A DNA stretch of 60,434 bases, filler included. It is 8 parts of 8 records of this genome, joined end to end, with 100 filler letters (N's around TTAATTAATTAA, not from the genome) between each part and the next. Parts side by side here need not be neighbours in the genome. Positions count along the whole stretch, not along the records: positions 34,344 to 43,933 come from SRR31147125_29806; positions 44,034 to 54,653 come from SRR31147125_29831; positions 54,754 to 60,434 come from SRR31147125_29881; 5 more parts are not named here. One strand, written 5' to 3'. A model generated the notes under the pieces. The model was not told where the DNA came from. It saw nothing but the letters and a program-made list of their open reading frames with translations, and made no database searches. The first letter of the stretch is position 1. Every line of letters begins with the position of its first letter. The translations under genes and the position numbers were made by a program. Positions 41,528 to 54,852 of this stretch are shown here, one piece after another.

Positions 41528-43830
41528 ATGCTTGAAATAGAAAGAGATGCGACCATCCGGATTCTGGTCGATGAGACCGGCCTGAAGCGCGGGCCGGTGG
41601 AACAGACCGTGGCCCTCCTTGAAGAGGGGGCGACGGTCCCTTTTATCGCCCGTTACCGCAAGGAGGCGACGGGGAGCTCGATGAAGTACAGATTCGTCTG
41701 CTGCAGGAACGTCTCGGGTATCACACCGAGCTCAACGAGCGCCGCCGGACGATTCTTAAATCGATCGAGGAGCAGGGGAAGCTGACCGAGGAGTTGCGGT
41801 TGAAAATCGAGGCCACCCGCCAGAAAACCGAGCTGGAGGACCTCTACCTGCCGTTCAAGCCGAAGCGTCGCACCAAGGCGTCGATTGCCAGGGAGCGGGG
41901 CCTGGAGCCGCTTGCCGAGCAACTGTTGGCGGCACGTGGGAGCGGAGACGCGGCCCTGCAGCTGGCGGAACCTTTTGTCAATCCCGAACTGGAGGTTGCC
42001 ACGGCCGCCGATGCCCTGACAGGGGCCGGTCATATCCTTGCCGAACAGTTCGCCGAGAACGCCGAGGCACGGGCGCTGGTCCGCGAGTTGACATGGCAGG
42101 AGGGGCTATTCTGTTCCCAACCGGTCAAGGGCAAGGAAGGCACGGTCAGCAAGTATGAAATGTACTACGATTTCAAAGAGCCGATCCGGCAGGTTCCTTC
42201 CCATCGGATGCTGGCCATGCGCCGGGGCGAAACGGAGGAAGTGCTGCGGCTGCGCATCGAAGCACCGGAGGAAACAATCCTCAGCTGTCTCCAGGGACTT
42301 TTCGTTGAGCCTGAAAGCCGCTTCGCCGAGTTGCTTCGGGAGATCATCCTTGATGCCTACAACCGTCTGCTGGCCCCTTCCATCGAGGTGGAATTGCGCC
42401 TGCAGGCGAAAAATGCCGCCGATGACGAGGCGATCCGGGTCTTTGCGGAAAACCTGCGTCATTTACTGCTCGCCGCGCCAGCCGGTAGCCGTAAAGTTCT
42501 GGGCGTCGATCCCGGACTGCGGACCGGCTCCAAGCTGGCGGCCGTCGATGCGACCGGCCGTTTTCTCGAACACATGACGATCTATCCCCATGCCGGAGGC
42601 GAAGCCAAGGTTGAATCCGCCAAACGTGAGCTGTTGCGTCTTGTCGAGGCACACGCTATGGAGATGGTGGCGATCGGCAACGGGACCGCCGGGCGTGAAA
42701 TGGATCAGTTTGTCCGCCAGTGCCTGAAAGAAGCGGGTTTGAAACCGCAGGTAGTCATGGTCAGTGAAGCCGGCGCCAGCGTTTATTCGGCGTCCGATAT
42801 CGCCCGCGAGGAATTTCCTGATCTCGACCTGACCGTGCGCGGCGCTATCTCCATTGCCCGGCGTCTGCAGGATCCCCTGGCCGAACTGGTCAAGGTCGAT
42901 CCCAAGAGTATCGGGGTCGGCCAGTATCAGCACGATGTCGGTCAGACGGCGTTGAAAAAAGCCCTCGATGAGGTGGTGGAATCCTGTGTCAACTATGTCG
43001 GGATCGACCTGAACACCGCCAGTTGGGCGCTCCTCAGCTTTGTCTCGGGGATCGGCGAGTCGCTGGCCAAGGCGATTGTTCGCCTGCGCGACAGCCAGGG
43101 TACCTTTGTCCGTCGCGAGCAGTTGCTCGAGGTGCCGCGCTTAGGAAAGAAGGCGTATGAGCAGGCCGCCGGGTTTTTGCGCATCAGAAATGGCGAACAG
43201 GCGCTGGACAATACAGCGGTGCATCCGGAGCGCTACAAGTTGGTGGCGCGGATGGCGGCGGACCTCGGTGTCTCCCTGCCGGCGCTGATTGCCGAACCGA
43301 TGCTCCTCGATAAAATCAGGCTGGAGCAGTATGTCGGTACCGATATCGGCCTGCCGACGCTGCGTGATATTATCAGCGAATTGAAAAAGCCGGGCCGTGA
43401 CCCGCGCGAGACGTTCGTTGCGACCGGTTTCCGTGAGGACGTCATGGAGGTCAAGGATCTCAAGGAAGGGATGTCTCTCAACGGTATCGTGACCAATGTC
43501 GCAGCATTTGGGGCTTTCGTCGATATTGGCGTTCACCAGGACGGTTTGGTGCATGTCAGTCAGCTCGCCGACCGTTTTGTCAAGGACCCGAATCAGGTGG
43601 TCAAGGTGGGCCAGCCGGTTCAGGTCAGGGTCTTGGCGGTTGATCTGGAGCGTAAGCGGATCGGCCTGACCATGCGCAGCGGGGCGCTGGAAAAACCGGA
43701 AAAAACATCGGAGCAAAGCCAGCGACCCCAAAAACCGCAGCCAGAGAAAAAGATGGCCAAGCCACAGTCCGATCTGGCCGCCGCGCTGGAAAAATCCGGA
43801 TTCCGGGTGAAAAAAGGAAAGAAAGCTTAG
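41528..43830 (+). CDS. tex: Tex/YhgF RNA-binding transcription accessory protein, poly-G indel near 41672
   Basis: EGATVPFIARYRKEATG(E)LDEVQIR, LEDLYLPFKPKRRTKA, GVDPGLRTG, VGQYQHD, S1 domain FGAFVDIGVHQDGLVHVS. Confidence 0.95.
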
Positions 43831-43835
43831 CCGCT

Positions 43836-43933
43836 ATGTCGAACGAAAAAACATCAAAGCCTGACCCGATCTACATGACACCCGCCTGTGCCCGGAAATT
43901 GAGGGCGGAACTCAAAGAGACTCTTTACCAGCT
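43836..43933 (+). CDS. Transcription elongation factor GreB-like, N-terminal fragment
   Basis: PIYMTPACARKLRAELKE resembles the GreA/GreB N-terminus; adjacent to tex. Confidence 0.55.
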
Positions 43934-44033
43934 NNNNNNNNNNNNNNNNNNNNNNNNNNNNNNNNNNNNNNNNNNNNTTAATTAATTAANNNNNNNNNNN
44001 NNNNNNNNNNNNNNNNNNNNNNNNNNNNNNNNN
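43934..44033. other. Artificial contig linker
   Basis: 44 N + TTAATTAATTAA + 44 N. Confidence 0.99.
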
Positions 44034-45088
44034 TCTTCTTTTACGATTTTTCCATTTTTAAAAGTTTGCACAACACTAAAATCATCTAGAGTATCAACTA
44101 TTAAAAAGTCGGCAATATATCCTGGGGCAATAGCACCCAAACGGTCAATCTTGTAGCATTCGGCAGTATTTAAACTAGCAATACGTATAGCGGTAATAGG
44201 ATCCATACCGTTTGCGATTGCAATTCTTATATTATTATCTATATGTCCATTTTGGATGATATCTTCAGGGTGACGGTCGTCTGTACAAAACGTACATCTG
44301 CGCTCTGTATGTGCGTTGACACCATCTATCAAAGTAGCTAAGTTTTTTGCTGCGCTGCCTTCACGTATAGCAATATACATTCCTTTTTGCAGGCGCTCAA
44401 TCATCTCAGCATAAGTGCTACATTCGTGGTCGGTTTTAACGCCACTAACGATATATGCATTTAGAGCTTCCTCTGTAAGACCAGGACCATGACCGTCTAT
44501 AATCTTATTATAATCGGCAGCAAGATTTATTTTATCTAAAATACCCTTATCAGCATTAACTACGCCAGGGTAATTCATCATTTCACCAAGGCCTAAGACG
44601 CGCTCGTGGTCCATCATTGATTGTAGCTCGCTTGATTCCAATATAGCTCCCGAGGTTTCGAAACCAGAAGCTGGAACGCAGGAAGGAAGCATCATATATA
44701 CAGTTAAAGGTATGTCAGATGTGCTATCTAACATATATTGAATACCAGCAATACCGCAAACATTTGCAATTTCATGGCAATCTGCAATTACTGTTGTTGT
44801 ACCGTGTGGCAATACTGCACGTGCAAACTGATATGGAGTGGAGAAAGATGACTCGATATGGACGTGCGAGTCGATAAGACCAGGAACGATGTATTTTCCA
44901 CCAGCATCCACTACATTTGAGCAATTGTAGTCACCAATCCCAAGAAAGACACCATCTGCAATCGCTAAGTCTCCTTCAATAACGCCATGGGTAAATACAT
45001 CAACTACACGGCAATTTTTCACCACCAAGTCAGGTTCTATTTTTTTATTTGCGGCTTTTATTCTTCTATCTAAATTTTGTTGTTTCAA
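44034..45088 (-). CDS. ade: Adenine deaminase, partial
   Basis: PGLIDSHVHIESS, GTTTVIADCHEIANV, GLGEMMNYP, DGH, TDHEC, REGSAAKNL, CTDDRHP; AAGGAG RBS before TTG. Confidence 0.93.
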
Positions 45089-45406
45089 AATAACTCCTTA
45101 CTCACAGAGAATAATTACTATTGCCTTTAAGTTCAAATGCTATAAATTTTTAATCAAAAATACAACTATAAGCTTATAGTGTAATTAAAGTTCTCTACTG
45201 CACACTTAATATTATTACTCCGTGCATCATATCAAATATTATACAATTTATCAATTCATTATACACTTTAAACTGACTGATTAGATTTATGCATAATAAG
45301 CAAACCACAAGCTATTAAAAGGATTTACAGGCTTTGTATATTTAATAATAATTAAGACGGTGATAGTTTGATTGTTTAGCAAATAAAATATAAAAAAGCT
45401 CGCCCT

Positions 45407-46291
45407 TTACACTTCATTTTTAATAAGTTTTGCCATAACTACAAATCGTCCGTTTTCGCTGGTTGTACATGTAGAAAGGGTAAGTACTATATCATCGGGT
45501 GAAAAAGTAGGAGCCGTTTTATACATGGATTCTTGATAGCATGTCTTTAAAAATGAAACCCACATTTCATCATGAGGGAAATCTGTATCTATATAATAAA
45601 AGTCCGTTGTTGTATCAAATACAGCAAAAACTTCCCAATTTTTCGAACCGCTTAAAGTATCAAACTGAATAATTCTATGCTCGTTGAAAAAATCTTCATC
45701 TGAATAAGATATAAGACCTTTAAACATTGTCCCGTTTTTCATCCTGTGACCATATAAAATTATATTTCTTGTTATAGATAAATCTAGTGAATCGCATCTA
45801 TAGTCCATGAAAATTGAACCACGTATGTTTGGTAATTTTACAAATGACCTGTTCATATAAAACTTATTATCATCAGCCTGTACAACTGGATAATCCACTT
45901 TTGTTCCACTGATTTTAATATACCCAACGGTATCCTTGTTTTTCTTAATGTATTCGTCTAGATAATCTATAGATCGTGTTGGCTCTACAGCGTTTATAGT
46001 TGGGCTTAAATCATCGGTTTCGATATCTGTTTTTTCTGTTGCCTTCAAATTGGATTCTGCTATATAAGAATCGTTAGAATCAATTTGTGTTTTTTCAGTC
46101 TCATTATTCTTTAACGAAATAGACTGGAAAAGATAAACACTAAAAAAACCAACGGTTAAAGAAACTATGCCAACTAAAGATATCCAAAATATTTTTTTGG
46201 TTTTGAAGATATCAGTGCTATCTTTAATTTTTATAAATTTGAGTTTTAATTTGAGCCCTAAAATTCTAAGCCAAGTAATAAAATTATCCAT
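45407..46291 (-). CDS. srtB: Class B sortase
   Basis: N-terminal TM helix; YPVVQ..DN.FY; IILYGHRMKNGTMF; LTLSTC...RFVV. Confidence 0.9.
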   Translation of the reverse strand: MDNFITWLRILGLKLKLKFIKIKDSTDIFKTKKIFWISLVGIVSLTVGFFSVYLFQSISLKNNETEKTQIDSNDSYIAESNLKATEKTDIETDDLSPTINAVEPTRSIDYLDEYIKKNKDTVGYIKISGTKVDYPVVQADDNKFYMNRSFVKLPNIRGSIFMDYRCDSLDLSITRNIILYGHRMKNGTMFKGLISYSDEDFFNEHRIIQFDTLSGSKNWEVFAVFDTTTDFYYIDTDFPHDEMWVSFLKTCYQESMYKTAPTFSPDDIVLTLSTCTTSENGRFVVMAKLIKNEV

Positions 46292-46501
46292 AACCGATAC
46301 TAAATATGTATTCCTTATCTATAATTATAAATCTGATTTTATGTTATTTCTGTAATTATTATAACAGTGCATCAAAGAGTAAGTAAATATTTAATTAATA
46401 TTTTTTTAATTAAAAATATGGTATAATGTAGAAAATTAGCTTACAAAAACTAAAAAAAATAATTCTTAAATATATATACAAAGTAAAGCTGAGGAATTGG
46501 C

Positions 46502-49500
46502 GTGAAAAAATCAATATCGATCCTTTTAGTGGCTTGCATAATTTTGAGTGGAATATTGCCACACACTGCTTATGCCAATGATGGAGACGACCCTATTCCG
46601 TTTGTACAAAAAGACCCTGATACCTATTGGTCTAATCAAGATGTAACTCTTACTCTTACAGATGACGATGCTGTTGATATTTATTATCAAAGTAAAGATG
46701 CCGATGAAGATAATTGGTCTGCTTTGGTAAAATACAACGCTCCTTTAATATACTCACAAAATGGATCAATCACAATTAATGCTCTATCTAAAGATATGAA
46801 CGGTGATACTTTAGAAGAACAAAATGACATATCAATAAATATTGATAAAACCAACCCAACACTTTCAGTTCAAGTGAACAACCCAGTATGGACAAGAGAA
46901 AATATTACAATATCATTTGAAGCGGATGATACTTTTAGTGGTGTTAATGCAATATGCTTAGAGGATGGCACGGTTGTAGCATCGGTAGATTCAAATGATG
47001 ATGATGATATTTTTACGGCATCATACATAGTTTCAACTAATGGCGATTATACATATTATGCAGTGGATAATGCTGGAAACAAGTCAAGTAATATTCAAGT
47101 TCAAGTTTCAAAGATCGATAAAAACTCTCCAACTGATGCGCCAGACATATCAGCTTCACCAGAAAGCGCTTCATGGGTTACAGGACCTGTGCAGGTTACT
47201 TTGGATTGGACTGACAATACACCAGCAGGTGAAAGCCAAGAAAGAGCTCAATATAGCGATGATGGTAGTACGTGGGAAGATTATGTTTCTCCTCTTACAC
47301 TATCGCAAGAGGGAACACACACCATTTATGCAAGAACAAGAGATTTAGCAGGGAATAAATCGGATATTAACCAACTAACGATAAAAATTGATAACCAAGC
47401 ACCGCTATTAACTGCATCAGGTATTGGTTCCTCTTGGACAAATAACGATATAGTGGTAACGCTAAATGCGTCTGATACTACAAGTGGTGTTGCTGGTATA
47501 TATTCTAGTGATGGTACACAGTTAACAGCAAGCTCAAGTATTGAAAGAACGTTTACTGAAAACACAGAATCTGCTGTGATCTATTATGCTATGGATAATT
47601 CAGGAAAGAAATCTGATGATTATCCAGTTAATATAAGCAATATTGATAAATCAGCGCCAAATGCGCCAAACATATCAGCCACCCCTAGTGGATGGTCGCA
47701 TCATAATGTTACGATTGAGCTTTCTGAGGTTGCGGCGGCAGTAAACCAAAGCCCTGAGCAAAGACAGTATAATGTTAATGATTCAACATGGGAAAATTAT
47801 GAATCTTCTTTTGAGGTTTCACAAGAAGGAGAATATAGTGTTAAAGCAAGAACTAAGGATGAAGCAGGAAATACATCATCGGAAAATAGTGCTACAGTAA
47901 AAATAGATAAAACTGATCCAACAATAGCAGATGTAAGCTATACTCCAGATTCAGATAACCAAGGTAAAGGAACGGTATCAGTAACTATATCCGATGCTCT
48001 TTCTGGAATATATGAGAAAAAATATTCAATAGGCGAAAAAGCGGTTAGTTATTTTGATGATGAGGGACAAGGAATTGACATTCTTGATTCATCATTTGTA
48101 ATAGATGGTGCTGATGGCGACGAGTATACGGTTTATGCAAAGGATAACGCTGGTAATGTAACTATTGTAAATGTACACGACCAAGTTGCTAGTTTAAATA
48201 CTTATCCTTTAATAGACGACATTTCTGATAAAAGCATTGATGAAGACGCTGGGATTCAAACTATAACTATAACAGGAATATCAGATAACGAGACAACAGA
48301 CCACAATGACTTAGATGTAGACTATGATTATTCGGGATCGATTCTACAAAATGTTTCGTTAGTTGATAATGATGATGGTACGGCAACGCTTACATATAAG
48401 CCGATAGAAAACAAAAACGGTGAAGATTCGATTACAATAAATGTAACGGATGAACACAATTTAACTTCTAGTGTAACGGTAAAGATAACTGTTAATGCAG
48501 TGGATGATATCCCTGTTGCGGTTAGCGATACAAAAAATGCAAATGAAGGCGATATTGATATCGATATTGCTGTTTTAGGAAATGATTCAGATGTTGAGGG
48601 TAATGTTTTTATAAACAATTTTGATGTGTTAACAGCAAAAGGCGGAACAGTTGAAAAAAACATTGCAGGTGATGGATTTGTTTATAATCCTAAAAACTCA
48701 AATTTTTCTGGTATTGATACCTTTACATACGATGTAATAGATGAAACTGGAAACATCAGTAATACGACAACTGTTACAATAAATGTTCAAAACGAAAACG
48801 ACTTACCTATAGCTGTTGATGATAATCACGAGCTTAACGAAGATCAAACTGTTGCAATTGATGTTTTGCATAATGATATTGATGAAGACTTAGCATATGT
48901 TGATGATGAAATATTAATTATTTCGATAGTTGATTATGATGATAGTAGCGTAATAATTTTTGATGATAGTGATGCTGAAAATCCTTTAGACCCAAGCACT
49001 TCTGTCCAAGTTGAACATGGTGTAATCACATATGATAGTGATAACAGAGATTTAATGTTTACTCCAGACAGCAACTATTATGGCAGTTTTAGTTTTGATT
49101 ATACAATTACCGATATGGCTGGAGAGTCTTCGCAAGCTACAGTTTATATTTCTGTTTTAAGTATAAATGATGAACCTGAATTCACTGGATTAGCAGATCC
49201 ACCAACTTATACGTTTAATGAGGACACAGCTACGTATGATATTGATTTTAGTATAAGTGATGTTGAGATAAGTGACGCGAATGGTTTGACAATAAGAGCT
49301 GTTTCGAAGAACACATCTGTTTTGTCAAATTCAGAGATTGAAATTTTAGGGCCGGATGATGAGGATGGCGCTACAACACTAAGATTAAGTCCAAGAGCAA
49401 ACGTATATGGTACAGCGCAAATCCAGTTGGAGTTATCCGACGGTAATACCATAACTTCTGAAATACTGACAATTGAAATAGTAAATGTAAACGACCCGCC

Positions 49501-52500
49501 AGTTGCAAAAAACTATGACATTTATTATACCGAAGAAAGTTACGTTATCTTTGACCTTGATGATTATAAAGAAATAGATTCTGATATAGATAATGCAATG
49601 TCTGAGCTTTTGGTAACAATTAATCAAGATTCTATAGATGCTCTTGATGAGGCTACACAGGGAACTTTGGTAGAAGAAGATGAAGATGAACATACATACA
49701 GATTTACACCTGCTGAAAACTTTGATGAGAATATTGTGCTTAACTACACACTTTCGGATAATGCGGGCGGACAAGACGTAAAACAATTAACACTAATAGC
49801 AAGACCAATAAATGATTCGCCTGGTATTACTCAGGCTGCTACAAATGTTTATGAAACTAATGAGGATATACCAAAAGGGATTTTGCCAGATGATGTAGAC
49901 ACCTTTAATATAGATGATTACGATGCAAGTGACTTGTTGGTGTTTACAATTAGTGATGTCGATAACGATGCAGAAGATTTAATAGTGACCTTTAATAGCT
50001 CTAACGAGGAACTAATCACAGCGGAAAATATATCTTATAAAAGAGTAGGGGATAAAATTATAGCAAAAATTATTCCTAACTTAAACGAACCATACAATAT
50101 CTCAACTGAAACAAGCGGGTATAGCACAAGCATTATAACTGTAAATGTTAGTGATAGTGAAATTCAGGCTTCGTCACTATTTAGCTTTAAAGTATATCCA
50201 CAGCAGGATAACCCTGTTGCTGTTGATGATGCTGTTGATGTGGAATACAATGGATTCACGACAATATTGCCGCTAGAAAATGATTATGATTTTGATGGTC
50301 CAGATATTATAGAAATTGAAAGTGTAGGTACTGCTAACGGTACGGTAAGTATTTCTGGCGATAAGCTTTCGCTTGTTTATGTTGCTCAAGCAAACTTTAA
50401 AGGACAAGATGTTTTTACATATACCATAAGTGATGATAAGGGGAATACGGATACCGGACAAATAACTGTAAATGTTGGTGGAGATAACACTCCACCGAAA
50501 ATTGATAATATTTTAGATGCATGGGATTATGAGGATCCTAACCCAGCAACTTCTGTACAGTTTAATATCATAGACCCTGATACTGGTGATTTAAGTCATG
50601 ATATTAGTTTTGAATTCACATCAAGTGATACATCATTGATTGATTCGGATGGAATAACTTATAACGTTGATGGTAATGGAGCGGTCACACTAGCTTTACA
50701 GCCTAAAGCTAATCAATTTGGTACGGTAAACATTACAGTAAAAATCACGGATGAGCTTGGAGCATCTGACACTGATATATTTGAGTATAGGGTTTATTCG
50801 GTAAATGATGCACCTGAACCAGTTTTAGATGAATATGTAGTTGATGAAGATAAAACTACCTATGAGACAAATACAGTTATTATAGACCCACTAGCAAATG
50901 ATACTGACGTTGAAGGCGATACGCTTAGCCTTATAAGCATAAGTGGGCTTGCAAATGGTTATCTTGAGTTTTTAGGTGATGATAAATTTAAATATCATCC
51001 TGACCAACATTTTAATGATACTCAAGTAACGTCTCCAGAAACTTATTCAGAAAGACTAACGTATATTGTTTCGGATGGTAATGAGCAGAGTACAGGAACA
51101 GTTCTTATTTCTGTGGAGCCTATTAACGATAACCCAAGAGCGAGAACCGATTATCTTATTGTGGAGGGATTTGCATCTTCAAATAATTCTATCGTTTTAA
51201 ATGATGAAAGCAGTCATGATATTAGAAGAGATGATTATGATATTGAAGATACAATCCAAAATACGCTTACTTGGGCTGATTTTGAAATCGTGAAGATTAA
51301 TGGAACTGAAATATCAGTAGGTAACCCTGTTTCAACAAGTCATGGACAAGTTTCGGTAGATGCGAGTGGCGTATTAACATATACTAGAACCGAAGCAGGT
51401 GAAGGTGCAAGAGAAACAGATAACTTCACTTACACAATACGTGACTCCGAAGGGGGAGAAGGTACATCCATAGTATATATTGCAACAAGCTATGTACAGA
51501 GCATATGGGTAGACAGCAAAAGTGTTGTATTTAATGAGGATAGTGGCGAAAATTCAATTACAGTAAACTACAGCGTACCAAGTGATGTAGGAGACTATAC
51601 TGTATCATTTTCTCAACCGGGCACCAAAAAGGGCACAATACCTGCTACAAATGGTTTTACTATAGATGAAGTAAACACAACTGTTACTTTTAAATATACT
51701 CCGTCGCTTGATGAAAACGGAAATGATAGCTTTACATTTACGGTTTCTGATGATGATGGCGTATATACATCGAAAACTGGAAATGTCTATATAGATATTT
51801 TACCGATCAATGACGAACCTCAGTTTGTTTCGTGGGATAAAACTAATAATGATCCAACAAATAGCACAGTTACAACCACAAATACAACAACGAATCCCAT
51901 TGATTCAATTTCAATGCAAGAGGATACAACCAGCGACTGGTATACTGTGATTTTTCAAGATAATAAAGACTGGGAAAATGATGATATTGTTGGTTTGAAT
52001 AATGAAGATTTAACATTTGAACTGACTATTGGTGATTCTGCATCCGAGCCTGTAATAGTTGAAAATGGCGTAGAAGTTGTAAGGATAGAGGATGAAGCTG
52101 GTGTTGTAGTAAATGATAACTATTCTGCAGCAAAATTCAGATTTACACCTACAGGAAACCTAAGTGGAATAGTTCCTATAACTATAAAGGTTTCTGATGG
52201 AGTGAGTACCGTTACTGATACTTTTAATTTAACAGTAGCTCAAGTTAACGATCCACCTGTTGCCTCCGACTTTACAGAAACGATTCCAGAGGATTCTACT
52301 CTTACAGAAATTTTAGTGAATACAGGCAGTGACCTTGAAGATTTAGATAATGTGACACTTTCCATTTCAGAAATTTCATCTGGAGATACTGTGGGAAGCA
52401 CATCTAAGGGAACGATTGAACTTTTAAACGATAATAAAACAGTTGTTTATATGCCAAATAATGATGAAACAGGAACGGATTCGTTTGAATATACGATAAC

Positions 52501-54653
52501 TGACCAAGATGGTATGCAAAGTACCGGTACTGTTACAATAAATATAACACCAGTTAACGACAACCCTAATATAATTGGATATCAATATACATATACAGCG
52601 CTTGAGGATCACAACATTGAAATCAATTTTGTTGCACAAGATGTCGATGATATAAGCAGTGTTTTAGATTTTGAACGTACAAACGTATATAACGCTGATT
52701 TGATTAAAAACGTTACACTTTCTAAACAAGTTGTAGGCAATCAAGTGAACATGAAAATACTAGTAGAACCACAACAAGATAAAAGTGGAAGTCAAATACT
52801 GAATATAAGAGTTGTGGATGATGATAGTCCTGCAGGCTATGCTGATCTTGAATTTCTTGTAAAATTTGAGCCAGCAAACGATGATCCAGTTGCTGGTGAT
52901 GACCCAAGTGCACAAGATGATTTTCTCGAAACTGATGAAGATGTAGCTATTGACATAGATGTACTTGCAAATGATAGTGATATTGATGAAGGCAGTGTTT
53001 TACATGTAACCGAAATAACTACACCAAATGGTTTTAAAGGAACAGTATCAATAAACAACGACAACACTATAAAATATACACCAGAAGAAAACTATTATTG
53101 TCCTGAAGGTGAGTATGTAACATTTGAATACACGGTTTCAGACCAGTTTGGCGGAGAGGATACTGCGACGGTTTGCATTAAAGTTGCATCAGTAAACGAT
53201 AACCCAGTTGCGGAAGATGATAAGGCAACTACAAATGAGGATACTCCTGTTACAATAGATGTTTTAAACCAAGGAGAAGCGGACTCTGATGTAGAAGGTG
53301 ATGAGCTTACGATTGTAACAGTTGGAGAAACATCAGAAGCTTGGCATACTGGTGGTAGCAAAGCTAAAAGCATAGAAGTTTCTGATGGAAAAATAATCTA
53401 TACGCCTGCTGATGATGAATATGGCACAGACATATTCTATTATAAAATTTCAGATGGTAACGGTGGAGAAGATACTGCAAAGGTAACAGTAACGATATAT
53501 TCAGTTATTGATGATCCTATTCCAACATATGATGAAAACAACTCATCTGAGTTTGTAATATATGAAGATATCTTAAAAGAATATAATGTCCATTATTTGA
53601 ATGTAGAGGATACATATAAAAATATTATATTTACAGTAAGGTCTTCAGATGCATCTATACTAAAGGATACAGGAATAGTAGCGCAAAAAGTAAATAAAGA
53701 AGGAGCTTCCGACGAGGATATTTGGATAAAGATTTCATTCGATCCAGTAGCAAATATGAACACAAGTAGTCTTGATCCAAGCAATATATATGTATATGTC
53801 AAAAAACAAATAGGCTCACAAGAATTTACAGATACAGTCCCTATGCATGTATTGCCAGTTAATGACTCGCCAACTATTCCTACTATTAATGCTGTGCTTA
53901 CAACTGCTGAAGAGAGTAGCGTTAGTGGAAATGCAGTTGGAAGTGATATTGAAACACAATCAAGTGATTTGAGATATTTTGCAGGTGCAGACGGTAGTAT
54001 TGATGTAAGTTTATCTAATCCATATAGTAATATGACTGATAATAAAGTTACTATAAGTACTGCAAACGGTACAGTTGTAACAAACACTGTTACAGGCCAA
54101 TATACGTACACCCCTGATGAAAACTTTGTGGGTGTTGATTCGTTTTGGGTTTATGTAGATGATAATCACAGAGAAACAGCGGATTTTAATATAAGCGGTA
54201 TTGCATACCCAAGACAAGATTCAATTGCGACGACTGCAAAACTGGTTACTGTAACGGTTACTCCAGTTAATGACCCACCAGTAGCGGTTGATGATTCTGA
54301 GACTACAGATGAAGACGTTGCAGTAGAGATAGCAGTGAAGACAAATGATAGTGATGTTGAAGATGATATAGATTCTTTGGATGTATCTGTAGTTTCAAAT
54401 CCATCAAATGGAACTGTGAAAATTGTTTCAGGTGGAAAGATTGAATATACTCCAAATGATGATTACAATGGCACAGACACATTTACATATAAGCTAAAAG
54501 ACTCAGGCAATTTGTTCAGCAACACTGCGACGGTAACAGTGACAATAGATTCTGTTGATGATAGCCCTACTGCTGTTGAGGATAGTAAGATAATTAATGA
54601 GGACAGCGGATATATAGAAATTACTGTTTTAAACAATGATAAAAACCCAGATA
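46502..54653 (+). CDS. Giant secreted surface protein with tandem Ig-like/cadherin-like (Big_9, tandem-95) repeats, >2,700 aa, partial
   Basis: GAGG RBS; signal peptide ending AYA; N-terminal D.AGN...IDK..P repeats followed by many VND.PVA.DD...ED...I.VL.ND.D units; very acidic. Confidence 0.9.
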
Positions 54654-54753
54654 NNNNNNNNNNNNNNNNNNNNNNNNNNNNNNNNNNNNNNNNNNNNTTA
54701 ATTAATTAANNNNNNNNNNNNNNNNNNNNNNNNNNNNNNNNNNNNNNNNNNNN
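54654..54753. other. Artificial contig linker
   Basis: 44 N + TTAATTAATTAA + 44 N. Confidence 0.99.
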
Positions 54754-54850
54754 CACACAACTCGAAACAACCTGTAACTCGAAACTCGCAACACATAACT
54801 CGAAACTCGAAACACATAACCCAAAACCCGAAACCCTTAACTTCCAACTC
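54754..54850. repeat. Degenerate heptamer tandem repeat
   Basis: Units such as CTCGAAA, CTCGCAA, CACATAA, CCCGAAA, CCCTTAA (consensus C-N-C-N-N-A-A), about 12 copies. Confidence 0.75.
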
Positions 54851-54852
54851 TT

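Noticed and set aside
45089-45300. Purine riboswitch upstream of ade
   Set aside because: TATAAT-like segments are present, but the conserved UAUGG, GUUUCUAC and CCGUAAA elements are not.
12238-54753. Seven repeated TTAATTAATTAA motifs as a biological repeat, and gene linkage across them
   Set aside because: They are identical 100-bp N-padded linkers, so adjacent contigs are unrelated and no cross-contig operons were inferred.
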